Origin: Euglena gracilis
Lineage: Eukaryota
Assembly: GCA_039621445.1 (NCBI GenBank)
Contig: CP154954.1
Coordinates: 40,603,572 to 40,667,571, forward strand
DNA length: 64,000 nt
Direction: 5' to 3'
In this document: piece by piece, positions 62,859 to 64,000 of the stretch
How positions within the stretch are numbered: the stretch's first letter is position 1
Layout of the letters: every line of letters begins with the position of its first letter
Program-made: the position numbers and the translations under genes
Notes under the pieces: generated by a model
The model's input: the letters and a program-made list of their open reading frames with translations, nothing else
The model's database searches: none
Told to the model about the DNA's origin: nothing

Positions 62859-63821
62859 TACAAAAAAGAGGTGGCGGACGCCGGTTGGTTCTGTCCAAAG
62901 CCCGGCGTTCTGGACTGTCCAAAGCCCGGCGTTCTGGACGCCGGGCTTTGGACAGAACCTGCGTCCAACACCTCTTGTTTAAAGCGGCGTTTTAGAGACG
63001 CCGGCTTCAGGACAGAACCGGCGTCCCCACCCTTCGGCCAAAGGACACTCCGAGGACCAATCTCCGACCACTGATCTGATCTGACAGTCTGCAATGTCAC
63101 ACCACTTTGCACTTCACCAAATTCCGGCGATCGCGAGGGTATTTCTGGCTGTGTCAATCGTCCAGGTATAAAATCACCCCTCGATCGAAAGCTCTTTTCA
63201 TCAGACGACTGGCGATCACCACCAAATTCAGCCACGTCGCCTGGGGCTCTTATTTTCTGTCAGTGGGGAATGCTAATTTCACAACTCTGGTGCCCCCCCA
63301 AGGCCCTCGGGTCGTTGATTCGAAGAGGAAAAACGTTTCTGTAAGGTTTATTAAGCATCTTAAACCAAAAATCACAGAAAATTGCGAGAAATTTCGACTC
63401 AGATTCTGGCTGATCCGACGATCGCGAGCGTATCTCGGGCTGCGTGCAACGTTAGGGTACCAAGTTATCCCTCGATCGAAAGCTCTTTTCAACAGACGAC
63501 CAGCGGTGCTCATCAGATCTTTCCACGCTGCACGGTACTCTATTTCCAAATCTGGGCCAATTTTCACCAAATTTGGATATCCACCCTAGTGGTCCCCAGA
63601 TGGCAAAATTCATTGTCCTTGATGGTTGAAACACTCATACCAGCACCTTAGGGCCACTTTTGGGCACTTTTGGTGACATTTTTAGGAATGAAAATCGGAC
63701 GCCGGGCTTTGGACAAAGCCGGCGTTCCTAACGCCGGGCTTTAGGACAGAACCGGCGTCCAGAAGCCCGTGGGGGGGGACGCCGGTTCTGTCCTGAGCCC
63801 GGCGTCTCAAACGCCGGCTTA
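62859..63821 (+). mobile_element. Hairpin+IR element family E (non-coding)
   Basis: TACAAAAAAGAGGTG...CACCTCTTGTT hairpin to 62979; IR TAAAGCGGCGTTTTAGAGACGCCGG..AGGACAGAACCGGCGTCCCC versus 63774-63821. Confidence 0.8.
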
Positions 63822-64000
63822 AAAGGATTTACACACACAAGGGATTTTGTTATTTTAGGGCCGCCGAACAGTTGCCTACGGCGCCCACAATGCAAAAAAG
63901 ACTGAGTAGGAAATACCCATGGCGACCATTGGCGACCTTTGGCGACCGTGGACCGACCCTAGGGTCGCCCACAACCCCCCCCCAGGTCAGATCCGGGAGC

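Overview
Eukaryotic, intron-containing and extremely transposon-dense DNA. It is probably a euglenozoan/euglenid-like protist; this is an inference from GC-rich exons, TTAGGG-type repeats, polypyrimidine-AG acceptors just upstream of ATGs and the type of phosphatase gene. (1) 1-10.3 kb is the right part of a large putative DNA transposon with two spliced genes. One is a DDE-like transposase (D..D..xxH..E) and the other starts with a ParB/Srx domain (GQHRYLA). About 22 copies of an 18-bp palindrome GAAGCG-N6-CGCTTC are scattered through this element and I saw none elsewhere in the window, which suggests a ParB/parS-like module in a eukaryotic element. (2) One host gene, a dual-specificity-phosphatase-like protein with Cys->Ser at the catalytic site, runs on the minus strand from 35.87 kb to about 15.6 kb through MITE-filled introns. 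(3) Four element families with unrelated ends (five copies, plus a shorter look-alike) share a 'hairpin + inverted-repeat-bounded body' layout. Their internal junction mimics the reverse complement of the circle junction, like a DIRS ICR. Two families encode a Crypton-type tyrosine recombinase with a PHD finger and no visible RT. (4) The rest comprises a spliced pogo transposon (55.5-59.5 kb), nested hAT-, MULE- and Tc1-type MITEs with verifiable TSDs, foldback palindromes and an interstitial telomere-like array. No rRNA, tRNA or CRISPR was recognised. Coordinates were read by eye and family assignments rest on motifs, not database searches.
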